A DNA stretch of 63,791 bases, counting the filler, from Dicyema japonicum (Eukaryota > Animalia > Dicyemida), in assembly GCA_011109175.1 (NCBI GenBank). It is 9 parts of 9 records of this genome, joined end to end, with 100 filler letters (N's around TTAATTAATTAA, not from the genome) between each part and the next. Parts side by side here need not be neighbours in the genome. Positions count along the whole stretch, not along the records: positions 47,477 to 51,952 come from RDEW01000066.1; positions 52,053 to 53,742 come from RDEW01000163.1; positions 53,843 to 57,369 come from RDEW01000171.1; positions 57,470 to 61,954 come from RDEW01000242.1; 5 more parts are not named here. One strand, written 5' to 3'. A program made the position numbers and the translations under genes. The notes under the pieces are model-generated. The model ran no database searches and was not told the DNA's origin. It was given only the letters and a program-made list of their open reading frames with translations. The number at the start of each line of letters is the position of its first letter. The first letter of the stretch is position 1. Below are positions 47,477 through 59,290 of this stretch, one piece after another.

Positions 47477-49556
47477 CTCCGAATTTTCCCGTCAGAACTG
47501 TCCAAACGCCCTCCAAAGAGTTGCATTCCAAGTAAAGAAAAAATCGTGATCAAAAGGAATAAAAGCAGCAAAAGACTTGCTATGGACTTGAGACTGCTCA
47601 CCAAAGACATTACAAGACTCCGCAGTGGTGCCCAATACCTGGAAATACAAAAATAAAAATACCTTGTCACTTTGAAGACCCGAAGGAGTCTGGTAGCCCG
47701 TAATATGCTGAGTCCCAAAGGACTCATCACGTGGAATTTGGACAGAAATAGTTCTCCAATGCTACAAATCATGACGACCAAGTCAAATCGGTTAAAGTAG
47801 GATGTAAAATACCTTGTCACTTTGAAGACCCGAAGGAGTCTGGTAGCCCGTAATATGCTGAGTCCCAAAGGACTCATCACGTGGAATTTGGACAGAAATA
47901 GTTCTCCAATGCTACAAATCATGACGACCAAGTCAAATCGGTTAAAGTAGGATGTAAAATATTCATTAGTTCCTAGTCCGTACATTTTAAACAACATTTC
48001 AAGTGCAAATACAGTGACGAAAAACATATTTCCGATCTCTAAAACAATTTTCGGAAGATTTTATGACCTTGCAATTCTGTCAGCCACTCAGGTTCTCCGT
48101 GGTGATTAAACGAGATCAGACACGTGTTTAGAAACACAAAAACAATAATCAGCCAATGAAAAGCCTGCGATTTGACTACAAATTTAATTTTTTTCCGAAA
48201 ATTGTGATTTAGCGTCGACAATAAAGAACTAAAATTTGTCAAAATTGGTCAGTAAAAACAATATTTCGCTAATAACAAAATTCCAGGTCACTTCAGGTGT
48301 CTTGAGTGAGCCTTAAATAGTACGAATAAATATAACCGTATGTCTGAGCATTTCGCTTTAAAAAAATTTGAGTCATTTCGATTCGATCTAAACTGTCAAG
48401 AAATGAAAATATAAACTTCCACAACGAATCCATTCGATGTAGTTATCGTGCATTTTTTGTCTATTTTTGATTTCCTTTTGTTTTAGATAATTCCCCCTCA
48501 TTCTTTGTTTCCCTCTTTCCTTTGAGAATTCTCTGCCATAATTACCACTAATAACAACCCACTGAGGACTCCGAGAATCAAATTGAGTACAAAAAATGAC
48601 CCAATTATGATCAAACTGACAAAGTAAATCCACGGCCACGAATTTCCATAAACATCGTCCAGCTTTGAGGGCTAAGGAATATAACCAACTTACACTATAG
48701 AGAATGTCAGTCCATCCTTCCATGGTTATACACTGAAAGACTGTCAGCATAGAAAGGCCAATATTGTCGAAGGTTGAGATTCCAAAATTTGGTCCATCCC
48801 AGTCGTTGTAACAAACTAAGCCAGAAGGACAGCTATAGCCGTTTCTATTGGGATCACAAGGCCTTAAGGCTCCAATTTGTTCTAGATTAGATTAATTGGT
48901 CGTTTCACTTGTAATGTTATTCCTACAAACGTTGTGAAGTCCAGTGGAGAATATTTCCATTCCAATGATTGCATAAATTAACACCACAAAGATCACCAAA
49001 AGCAAAATGTGAAATAAAGGAAACATTGACCGAATTATGGAATTGACGATAACTTGCAGACCTGAGTAATTAGCTAATATGATAGTACGAACTTGGTAGT
49101 CCTGATACCAAACGAAGTGGCCGTAAAACTCTGAATGCTCTTAAAGATTTTACATCAAAAATCTCAGTCTCAAGTGTGGAGACAATTGCACTTACAATTC
49201 TAAAATAAATAAAATGACCAAAACCCCATCAATACAATGACAAAATCCAAAATATTCCAACTGTAACTGAGGTAGGAGTTCTCCGTAAATATGAAGCCCA
49301 ATGCGATTATTTTTATTATTGCTTCAAGAGAAAACAAGACAACAAAAAAATATTCGATTTGTTCCAAAATGACATTTGTGGAATTTGTGTCTTCGTTAGG
49401 GACTGGTGTGTTCATTGCAAGTAAAATGCAGTTTACGATTATTGAAATCAACACAAAGTACTCAAACGGTTTTGAATCAATCACTTTTAGACACCATTTC
49501 CTCACCGCGTTATCCGGGCCGAAGCAAAATAACGATTTGTTACTATTTCTGAAGCC
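47477..49556 (-). CDS. Voltage-gated calcium channel alpha1, L-type (CaV1)-like; domain I through part of domain II only
   Basis: Spliced: [38 protein letters not shown]|[15 protein letters not shown] (pore Glu), [27 protein letters not shown]|[23 protein letters not shown]|[25 protein letters not shown]. The SPLG, YFVSL and SIASLLLLL signatures favour CaV1 over CaV2. Introns e.g. 49200-49224 (25 nt) and 49062-49092 (31 nt). Truncated by the spacer gap. Confidence 0.93.
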
Positions 49557-49781
49557 NAAGGAGAAGATACGAATAATGATATTTATAAATATTTTTTCAG
49601 AAATATAAGTTATGTTATTTTAAGTAAAAATAAAATTTTCATTTGATCTCATTTTAAATTCAAATAATTATTCTATTTTTATTCGCTTCCGACATAACGA
49701 TAGACGTAGATTTATAAATTAAAATCTTTCCTAATTTTTTGTTAACGTTTCTTTTAGATATCTTCATTTATTTTCGAGAAA

Positions 49782-51952
49782 ATGCGAAAGACTTATAAAC
49801 ATTCACAATCTGCTGAATCAGAACTATCATTAGGCGACATTCCGTCAAGAGAAATTGTGAACGAAAAATTCAACAAATTAATTGTATTTTTATAATAGCC
49901 AAACTCATGTTTCATATAGAATAGTATCAGTTTAGATGAAGATATTTTCGAAGAAACTAAACAATACGATACTCTCAAAAAATGGGAATTTTTCAAAATA
50001 TATGTTATATTTTTATTTTATTCTTTATTAGAATTGTCCTACATTGCTCACAGAATCTGACGATTTACTGGCACACCTAAAGAAATTCTTAGCAAGAAAA
50101 GTATAATATGCTTTTAAATATATTATTTAACTATAATCATATAATTCATTCAATTGATTTTTTTTATATAGCATAAAAAANACATTGCTCACAGAATCTG
50201 ACGATTTACTGGCACACCTAAAGAAATTCTTATCAAGAAAAGTATAATATGCTTTTAAATATATTATTTAACTATAATCATATAATTCATTCAATTGATT
50301 TTTTTTATATAGCATAAAAAATTTTCAAAAGTCTCTGGAATAATAATTAAAATCAATAATTCAATTAGAAATCAGCCTATCATGTACAAAAATTAGATAA
50401 TTTTAGTTCTTGTAAATTATTTCTATCCGATGATAATCAAGGATTGGAAATTTTTAAAAAGATTATCCATGATTTTACAAAAATGTAACCTTGTTTATAA
50501 AATATTCATTTTACAATAGTTATCAACACAAGTTTCAAAAATATGAAAATTCAAAAGGAAACAAACGAAATATTCGTTCAAATGAACTAAATGATATCAA
50601 AGAATGCATTTATTTTGCTATCATATGTATAAAGGATCTAATGAACACAAAAGTACTTAAAAAATGTTAACTTAACTAGACTGGGTTTGAGCGGGGAATA
50701 AAAAATGAAGGATTGTTGGAGACCATTTTGTGTGGAATCCGGATAAAAAACGATAGGTTTTTATACTATTTTATGATCCCCAGGATTACATTGCTCGTCT
50801 TAACCTTACTAACCAGTATTTATCTAATCAAAGGCGATGATATTGTGATTTCTGAAATGATAAAGTTCAATCAAATTTATAGTCAAAATAATTTTAATTT
50901 AGAAAATAAGACAACCAAGTCAATTTGAAGAAATCACATATCCGCTCACAAACACAAAAGACACCGTAACCAAAGTAAAAAAACAACAAATTAGAATTTT
51001 TAAGGCAAGAATGATTGACTTTATTGACACTATTATCAACGGGGACAGTGATATAGAAAGAAGAGTGGTCAATCAGTATTTTTTGTCTAATGTTATGTTT
51101 AATCAAGATATTGAGGCAAGTTCTCATATATTATGTTTCAGAGCAATGAAAACGGCCAGGATTCGATTATTTCTCATGTCATTAAAAAATATAAAGACAA
51201 TATAATCGATTTTAATTATATGTGCGAAACAATTAAAAAACACGAAGAATTAAATATAGAACTTGGTGAATTGTTAAGTGCTTTAAAAGTATTAATATAA
51301 TTATTCATTTCAGCCTCATATGGGACCCGAGGAGCTGATTAAATATGAAATGGGTCAATATTTTATTAAATTGATCTCGTAGATGACTTTGAGAAAACTC
51401 AAATTCGGACATGTTCTAAAACACTGAAGGATTCAAGTCACAAAGTTTCGCCGCCATCTACAGATATAAGCTTCAACGTTGTTCCTAGTCAAACAATTGA
51501 AAATATAACTCCAGAGCTGCCCAAAATACAGAAACAAGATTCCTGCGAATTACTTCCAACAATTGCTGAAGATGAAAAACTTGAGCATTTGTCGTCATCT
51601 CCAATACCAGAAACTGAAACTTCAGTGCCTCCTCAAATTACTGCCCCCGCTCCACCCCCACCGCCTCTTCCTGGAAAAATAAGTGCACAAAAAATCAACA
51701 AAAATATTCCCAAACCACCCAAAAGTATGAAACCAGTCAATTGGCAACCAATTGGGCCAAAACAGATCGATAAAACATTATTTAAACAAATTAGTTATGA
51801 GCATGTCTATCAAGTATATTATGAAGATAAGTTTTAGAAAATTGAACTAATAAAAATCGACAACGAATTTTCCGCTATTAGCACTAAAGTCAAGTCTTCA
51901 ATTAAGAAGGAAGAAATTAATGCTCCAATTTCCTTAATTGATGGAAACAAAT
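49782..51952 (+). CDS. Diaphanous-related formin (FMNL/DAAM type): GBD-FH3-FH1-start of FH2, truncated by gap
   Basis: Spliced: PSREIVNEKF..|..KQYDTLKKWEF (cf. RQYDNEKKWELI), IICIKDLMNTK|TGF, R|ITLLVLTLLTSIYLIKG, IINGDSDIERRV, APPPPPLPG (FH1), PKPPKSMKPVNWQPIGPKQIDKTLF (FH2 start), ISLIDGNK. Confidence 0.87.
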
Positions 51953-52052
51953 NNNNNNNNNNNNNNNNNNNNNNNNNNNNNNNNNNNNNNNNNNNNTTAA
52001 TTAATTAANNNNNNNNNNNNNNNNNNNNNNNNNNNNNNNNNNNNNNNNNNNN

Positions 52053-53269
52053 TGTCACCGTCCGTTGGAGGAATCCGCCGTTGGCGGAATTTTACCAATT
52101 TTCGAATTTTTTCGATTTTTTATTGGACAACGAAAAATATACATTAATATTTTAATAAAAAGGTAATAATTTCTAAAAAATATTAGAAAAATACAATTTA
52201 CGGAGCAGCAACATAACCAACATAATGTACATATCACTATCGATTAGTATATCTATTGTTTTTATGGTTTGCTAAACTATTATGACAAACAAATCAATTC
52301 TTTTAAATTTGTAATAAATAAAAATTTAGTCAAAATTCAGCCGAAATAGAGTTGAAAATGTAGTTTCTCGATAGATAAGGGAAAATATCGTGTTTTTTGG
52401 TCATGATCATATGGAAAAATGGTTCGGCCGCGAAGTGTTTGATACTGAATTTAATTAAAAATATAGAACAACCCTTAACCAAAATTGTTGCTTTAAGATG
52501 GCAACACTTCCCCTATGCGGCCTTCGGCCGCGAAGTGTTTGATACTGAATTAAATTAAAAATATAGAACAACCCCTAACCAAAATTGTTGCTTTAAGATG
52601 GCAACACTCCCCCTATGCGGCCTTCGGCCGCGGAGTGTTTGATACTGAATTTAATTAAAAATATAAAACAACCCCTAACCAAAATTGTTACGAATTTATT
52701 TCACCAAAACAAATTAAGTGTCTATCTTTTTTAGTCTTGAGATATGTATGCCTTCTAGTTCTGTCCCATCTTCAGATCGGATTTTGCATATATCCTGTAT
52801 GGCTTCAATGACCAAATATTTCATGGCCACAATTTGGTCATATAACATTTGTGCTAGAAATCTGATTTTCCATTTTGTTTTGACGTAATTTCGTTCGGCA
52901 TTACATCTTGCGACTGAAATCTCTTAATTTCGTTAAGTTGTTGTGTTGTCAGTTTATAGAAACCCATAAGAATGATTAACATTTTTGCTAGAAATCTGAT
53001 TTTCTATTTTGTTTTGGCGTAATTTCGCTCGGCATTACATCTTCCGACTGAAATCTCTTAATTTCGTTAAGTTGTTGTGTTGTCAGTTTATAGAAACCCA
53101 TAAGAATGATTGAAACCGTGTCACTAATTTTTTATTAAAAATAGAATATTTTAAAGATTTTAATAACTGTTAGAATTCATTTCTTTCCTATTTTTATTGT
53201 TTTGTAATTATTTAATGTAAATATGCTACACATTCCGCCAACGGCGGATTCTTCCAACGGACGGTGACA
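52053..53269. mobile_element. Non-autonomous TIR element (38-bp TIRs, TGT...ACA termini)
   Basis: TGTCACCGTCCGTTGGAGGAATCCGCCGTTGGCGGAAT (52053-52090) and its reverse complement with one mismatch (53232-53269). No ORF; internal 100-bp and 134-bp tandem repeats. Confidence 0.88.
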
Positions 53270-54099
53270 TTTTTTAAATCTCGGGTCCTCTGGTATAAAT
53301 CCACATAGAGTGCAATTTTACAACAAGTTTATTATTTTTTATTATATACAGCAAACATCGGTTAATTGCATAACATTTGTCCACGGAAAATCTTATGAAA
53401 TTAACCGATGTATGCAATTATCCGACATTTTAATAAAAATCAATAATTTTTTTAATAGGCAAGAAAAGAAAATAATCAAAAACGTTTAAAAAAATCATTA
53501 ATTTTTGACTGTCTAGTCTTCTGGCAAAGGCGTAGGACGCTTTTTTCTAGTTCATAAAAGTTGTCCATATCCATTTCACTTGTTAAATAGCTGTTGGTAA
53601 GAAACTAAACATATTTTCAAATTTTAAAATTACAAATTATAATTATGCAAGTATGCGAAAATTTTTATAATACTTTGAATGCGAGGCTTTTTAGTAATCA
53701 AAAATAGAATACAATATCTCCACCATCCAAATCATATTTTAANNNNNNNNNNNNNNNNNNNNNNNNNNNNNNNNNNNNNNNNNNNNTTAATTAATTAANN
53801 NNNNNNNNNNNNNNNNNNNNNNNNNNNNNNNNNNNNNNNNNNCAGCAAATCTTGAACAAGGCTGACTAATTAACACTTGTCATCCATGATCAAGGTCGGT
53901 ACTGCTAATACATTTTAGATGTACAAAAAATATCATGAGAAAAATGGACAAAACAAAGACTAAAGAGTAAAAATTATAATCTTGAAAAAATGATTACAAT
54001 CGTTATATTTGGCATTGTGGAGCGTTTTTTAATACAGCCGCTTATAGGTTAAGGGGACCTTCAAAATGGTGGGGAGAAGTTGATGGCTCTTTTAGTTCT

Positions 54100-54480
54100 T
54101 TTCTGGAATGGGTGACAGCATGACAGCAAAAATGTTTCTCGGAGATTTTGAAATTACAGATCCCGCTTTAGTAGGCTTGCAAATTATTAAACAAACTTCT
54201 ATAAGATTAGGCTTTTCAGATTTGTTAGCGTGGCCCGCTTGTATACTCAAATTATCTTGTGCGGCCCTTGGAGCCTTTGAGTTTGATATATCTGGTTTAG
54301 ATCACGTGTTTATATATTCTTGGAGTGAATAATACACTGTTGTCAATGTGACTACGAATATTCAAATTATCTTTTGCGGCCCATGGAGCCTTTGAGTTTG
54401 ATATGTCTGATTTAAATCACATGTTTATATATTCTTGGAGTGAATAATACACTGTTGTCCATGTGACTACGAGTGATGAG
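54100..54480 (-). mobile_element. Degenerate LINE RT C-terminal fragment with tandem duplication
   Basis: VYYSLQEY...ISNSKAPRAA resembles the RT thumb region; about 125 bp duplicated. Confidence 0.35.
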
Positions 54481-55834
54481 AATGCATAAACCACATGCCT
54501 TGAGGGGTATTAAGATCACTTGAATAGTCATTATAACTTCTTTCTTAGGACCCTCATTCTAGATTTAGCGAATTATAATCATCTTGATCCACCTCAGACA
54601 GACTGAGTATACAAGTTCCCCAAAATTTGATAGTGTTTTAACCAGGGTTGACCATACATTCGATGTCTCCTGAATTTGTCATTTAAGAAATGTACAGGAC
54701 AGAATATGATCGATGAATTATATCCGTAATGAGACAAGACACGTCACCGAAAGAACGCCTAGAGTAGGTTTGAAATTAATTAGAACACTGCAGTACCTAT
54801 ATCTCATAAACAGCTATACTACGATAACACCAAAAGAAGCAACAAAGCAATTCCTATGCGCACGTGTNNNNNNNNNNNNNNNNNNNNNNNNNNNNNNNNN
54901 NNNNNNNNNNNNNNNNNNNNNNNNNNNNNNNNNNNNNNNNNNNNNNNNNNNNNNNNNNNNNNNNNNNNNNNNNNNNNNNNNNNNNNNNNNNNNNNNNNNN
55001 NNNNNNNNNNNNNNNNNNNNNNNNNNNNNNNNNNNNNNNNNNNNNNNNNNNNNNNNNNNNNNNNNNNNNNNNNNNNNNNNNNNNNNNNNNNNNNNNNNNN
55101 NNNNNNNNNNNNNNNNNNNNNNNNNNNNNNNNNNNNNNNNNNNNNNNNNNNNNNNNNNNNNNNNNNNNNNNNNNNNNNNNNNNNNNNNNNNNNNNNNNNN
55201 NNNNNNNNNNNNNNNNNNNNNNNNNNNNNNNNNNNNNNNNNNNNNNNNNNNNNNNNNNNNNNNNNNNNNNNNNNNNNNNNNNNNNNNNNNNNNNNNNNNN
55301 NNNNNNNNNNNNNNNNNNNNNNNNNNNNNNNNNNNNNNNNNNNNNNNNNNNNNNNNNNNNNNNNNNNNNNNNNNNNNNNNNNNNNNNNNNNNNNNNNNNN
55401 NNNNNNNNNNNNNNNNNNNNNNNNNNNNNNNNNNNNNNNNNNNNNNNNNNNNNNNNNNNNNNNNNNNNNNNNNNNNNNNNNNNNNNNNNNNNNNNNNNNN
55501 NNNNNNNNNNNNNNNNNNNNNNNNNNNNNNNNNNNNNNNNNNNNNNNNNNNNNNNNNNNNNNNNNNNNNNNNNNNNNNNNNNNNNNNNNNNNNNNNNNNN
55601 NNNNNNNNNNNNNNNNNNNNNNNNNNNNNNNNNNNNNNNNNNNNNNNNNNNNNNNNNNNNNNNNNNNNNNNNNNNNNNNNNNNNNNNNNNNNNNNNNNNN
55701 NNNNNNNNNNNNNNNNNNNNNNNNNNNNNNNNNNNNNNNNNNNNNNNNNNNNNNNNNNNNNNNNNNNNNNNNNNNNNNNNNNNNNNNNNNNNNNNNNNNN
55801 NNNNNNNNNNNNNNNNNNNNNNNNNNNNNNNNNN

Positions 55835-56290
55835 TGAAGAGGAGTTTAATTCCATTTATTGTGAAGGAAATGATTGCCCGCCGAAAACTGGTTTTATTTA
55901 TTATTGAAATTTTTTAATATATTTTAATAATAATGTTTATTTATTATTATTGTTATTAATATTATTATTGTAGAAAACATTGAAGGAAATAATGATGTCT
56001 TCGAACTAGATGTATTTGTTATTATGATTTATAGGTTCCTTTAAGCCATTTATCCGTATTTATTGGAATTAATTTAGGTCTCATCTCTGAATAAACAAAG
56101 TCAATCAATTAGACAAATAAAAAATGATGTCGATTCAGGTGGTACTTGCATTGTTATGACAGAGCTTGAGAAAACTCCATATCATGTGCTGCCGCATCCT
56201 GATCCTGTAAGGGATGATAGTGATATAATTAATATGAATACTTCTGTTGTTAGGGGTTTGGATTGTTGTGATTGTAGACATTGTGAATAA
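55835..56290 (+). CDS. 3' end of an unidentified gene ending in CCDCRHCE*
   Basis: Open frame is restored by GT-AG introns at about 55890-55973, 56012-56034, 56056-56077 and 56139-56162; stop TAA at 56288-56290. No homology recognised. Confidence 0.6.
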
Positions 56291-57469
56291 TGGTCTTTTA
56301 GGGGCGTTCAATGTGTACTCATCAACACCGGTTTTATGGGTTATTATTTTGCAGACGAATATACTTAATACTAAAAAGAATACAAACGGTGATTAGCAAT
56401 TTATTATTTGTGTTTTTGTTAATAAATAATTATTAATTAATTTACACACGGTACGTACTAATGAAAGAAATCTAGTGTCTGACCTAATGTCGCAGTTAAG
56501 AACTACCGCTCAATTTATATTATTAAGTTTATCCTGCTTATGTAATTTTCGAATAATAATTAAAAATCTAAAATTTTTACAGTTTGCGTAATGCAAAAGA
56601 GAGGTTTTTAAAGTTTTGCATCTCCTGAATTTTTTTCTGTTGATAAAGTGTAGCAGTGTCCTGAATTTTTTTTTACAATAAAAATTACATTTACTTGCTG
56701 AGTCCTATTCTCTTTTATCCTTATTCTCGTCAACTACAGTATGAGGGAAATATGGAAGCTAAGAATCTGTCTACTGTGTTGGGATGTTGTACTACTCGCA
56801 TTTTAGGAATAATTCAAAAATCCATAAAATTGTGAGCAGTGTTCTTGAGTTTTCATTTCCCACGTCTTTCTTGTCTTCCNTGTTGATAAAGTGTAGCAGT
56901 GTCCTGAATTTTTTTTTACAATAAAAATTACATTTACTTGCTGAGTCCTATTCTCTTTTATCCTTATTCTCGTCAACTACAGTATGAGGGAAATATGGAA
57001 GCTAAGAATCTGTCTGCTGTGTTGGGATGTTGTACTACTCGCATTTTAGGAATAATTCAAAAATCCATAAAATTGTGAGCAGTGTTCTTGAGTTTTCATT
57101 TCCCACGTCTTTCTTGTCTTCCCTACGCACATGAGTGGCGTGTGTTATCCGCAAGGATTTGACTATGTGTAGTGCTGGATGGTATAGATTAGTGCGATGA
57201 TTGACTTTTAAGGGAAGACTTCAGAATGTCTTCTTATGATGAGATGAGTGACGATGACCAGCACTTGTGCCAGAGATTACATTAGAGGATTGAGATATAT
57301 TTATTTGATTTTGAAGATTTTTTTGTAGTTCGATCATTATTGAATTATTGGAATGAAATTATTAAAAAANNNNNNNNNNNNNNNNNNNNNNNNNNNNNNN
57401 NNNNNNNNNNNNNTTAATTAATTAANNNNNNNNNNNNNNNNNNNNNNNNNNNNNNNNNNNNNNNNNNNN

Positions 57470-57680
57470 GACTAGAGGCCTCAAATACACGTAAATTGGG
57501 AATAAAACCAACCCCTCTTCAAACTCTAATGAAAAGTGATCGTCGTTGGTACAGGGAAGCCGTGAGTACTCTGGAGGAACACAAGAAAAAACTCTCGATC
57601 CTTTTGAGGTGTACCGGGATCACTTAATTAGTTGGTTTTCTCCTTTTTTCCTGGTGTTTCCTTTTCGTGGTATTAAATAA
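57470..57680 (+). mobile_element. LINE 3' tail
   Basis: GTACCGGGATCACTTAATTAGTTGG...TAAATAAATAA. Confidence 0.6.
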
Positions 57681-59039
57681 ATAATTAATTGGTTTTTTTT
57701 CAAATTCAGTTCTATCACTTTAAATATTTTTTTTAGAAAGTTTAAAAATTTTTGTCAATAAAATAATATTTCGTTTAAATTCATTTATTTAATAAATATA
57801 ATCTGTTTTTTATGAAAAATTAGAGGCCTCCATTGAATGTATATTCTCCTTGACCAAATCTTTTGGTGAAGATTACATTATGAAAACTATTCCGCTAAAA
57901 AATGAAGTGATGTTTGTGATGGAAGGATGTTCGACGAAAACGAAAAAAGGCGATCTACTTTTCCACATCTCTTCGGGAGCGGAAGCCTGTAATGGAATAT
58001 TGTAAGATGGATTTGATCGGCACAAACAGGTGTTCTTTTTTGGGTTCCTTCCTTGGATTATTAGTTATGACTGTTTCTGCTGGGCTTTTATAATGTGCTA
58101 ATAACACGTGGTGCCATGAGGTGCTACGTGGATAGTTTGTCAGAATTATTTTCTTTCCTTCCGATGGCGTCACTGGATCAACCTTACTGAGGAGGCGCCC
58201 AATGCCTTGCCGGCATCAAGAGGATCCAACAATTCTTCCCCAGGGACAACGTCGTTACTAGTTCTGGAATGCTGAAACGAATCAAGATCGAGGAGTTTGT
58301 TAGTTTGGTTGCTCTTGATCTTTGGAAATAATTTTAATTTTTAATTAATGACTGTTTGTGCTGGGCTTACCAAAGAGTTAAAGCCTGGGGTTAATAATAA
58401 GTTTCCAGAGATTCCACTTCCCAGGTGGGATTCTTCTTGGAACAGAGTCAAATTCCTTGCGTATATCATTCGAACAGTGCACTATTTTCAGATGTCCACG
58501 TTTGTACGAAAACCAAGAACGGAAAAATTAGTCGGGAGAAAAATAGGTTAACTACTTGGAGGAAGATATAAAAATTGGTGTTAACCATCAATGGGATTCC
58601 ACATTGTATGATTCAATTTTTATATTCTTCCGCTTTTTGGAGGCTATTATTCCTTGCGTTGACGTTTGACAAGACAAGCACGTCACATGATCATATTATC
58701 GCTTTTAATGGCGCCGAACGAACCCTACCCTCGAAATTTCCCTTTGGAGTCGCCTATACAAAGAAATGACTGCGGACTCCTCAGGTTCTGCCAAGAATCA
58801 GAAAATCCACCATGTTCGTCCTTGTAACGGGTGGAAAATGTCGGTTCCTCCTCAGACCGTCCCCGTCGATCTCCTGTGTAGACATGGATGATAATACAAA
58901 TTAAATTTAGTTAAGATTAAAATTCTAGAAAAAGCGGGAGTATGGAAGGCAGGGAACCATCCAGTGTTGTACTCTATCTAGCAGCACGTGGAACCATGCA
59001 TCTCATATGCGTGTGCTTCCCGGGGCCCGTTTATCTCTC

Positions 59040-59290
59040 GAAGAAATTCCATGAAAATCGAAGCTAGCCAAAAAAAGTTACTAAGATTACGAAAGGGTGG
59101 ACTTTTGGAAAGCCCCAGTCTCCAATGCCTCTAGAATCCTTAATACGTAAGAACCGAGTAACCAGTTATATGGCCGATGTGTACTTACGTGGGCTCGTGC
59201 CAAACTCAAGTCTCTTTTGGAGCGTACCGGGATGAGGTGATTACTAGTTTGGTGTTACCGCGGTTTTCATTTCAAAATAACAAAATACAA
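59040..59290 (+). mobile_element. LINE 3' tail
   Basis: GTACCGGGATGAGGTGATTACTAGTTTGG, related to 57470-57680. Confidence 0.55.

Noticed and set aside
50773-50840. MIPRITLLVLTLLTSIYLIKG looks like a signal peptide of a secreted protein
   Set aside because: After splicing it is an internal helix of the formin GBD/FH3 region (cf. FMNL RTKALVLELLAAVCLVRG); the ATG lies in an intron.
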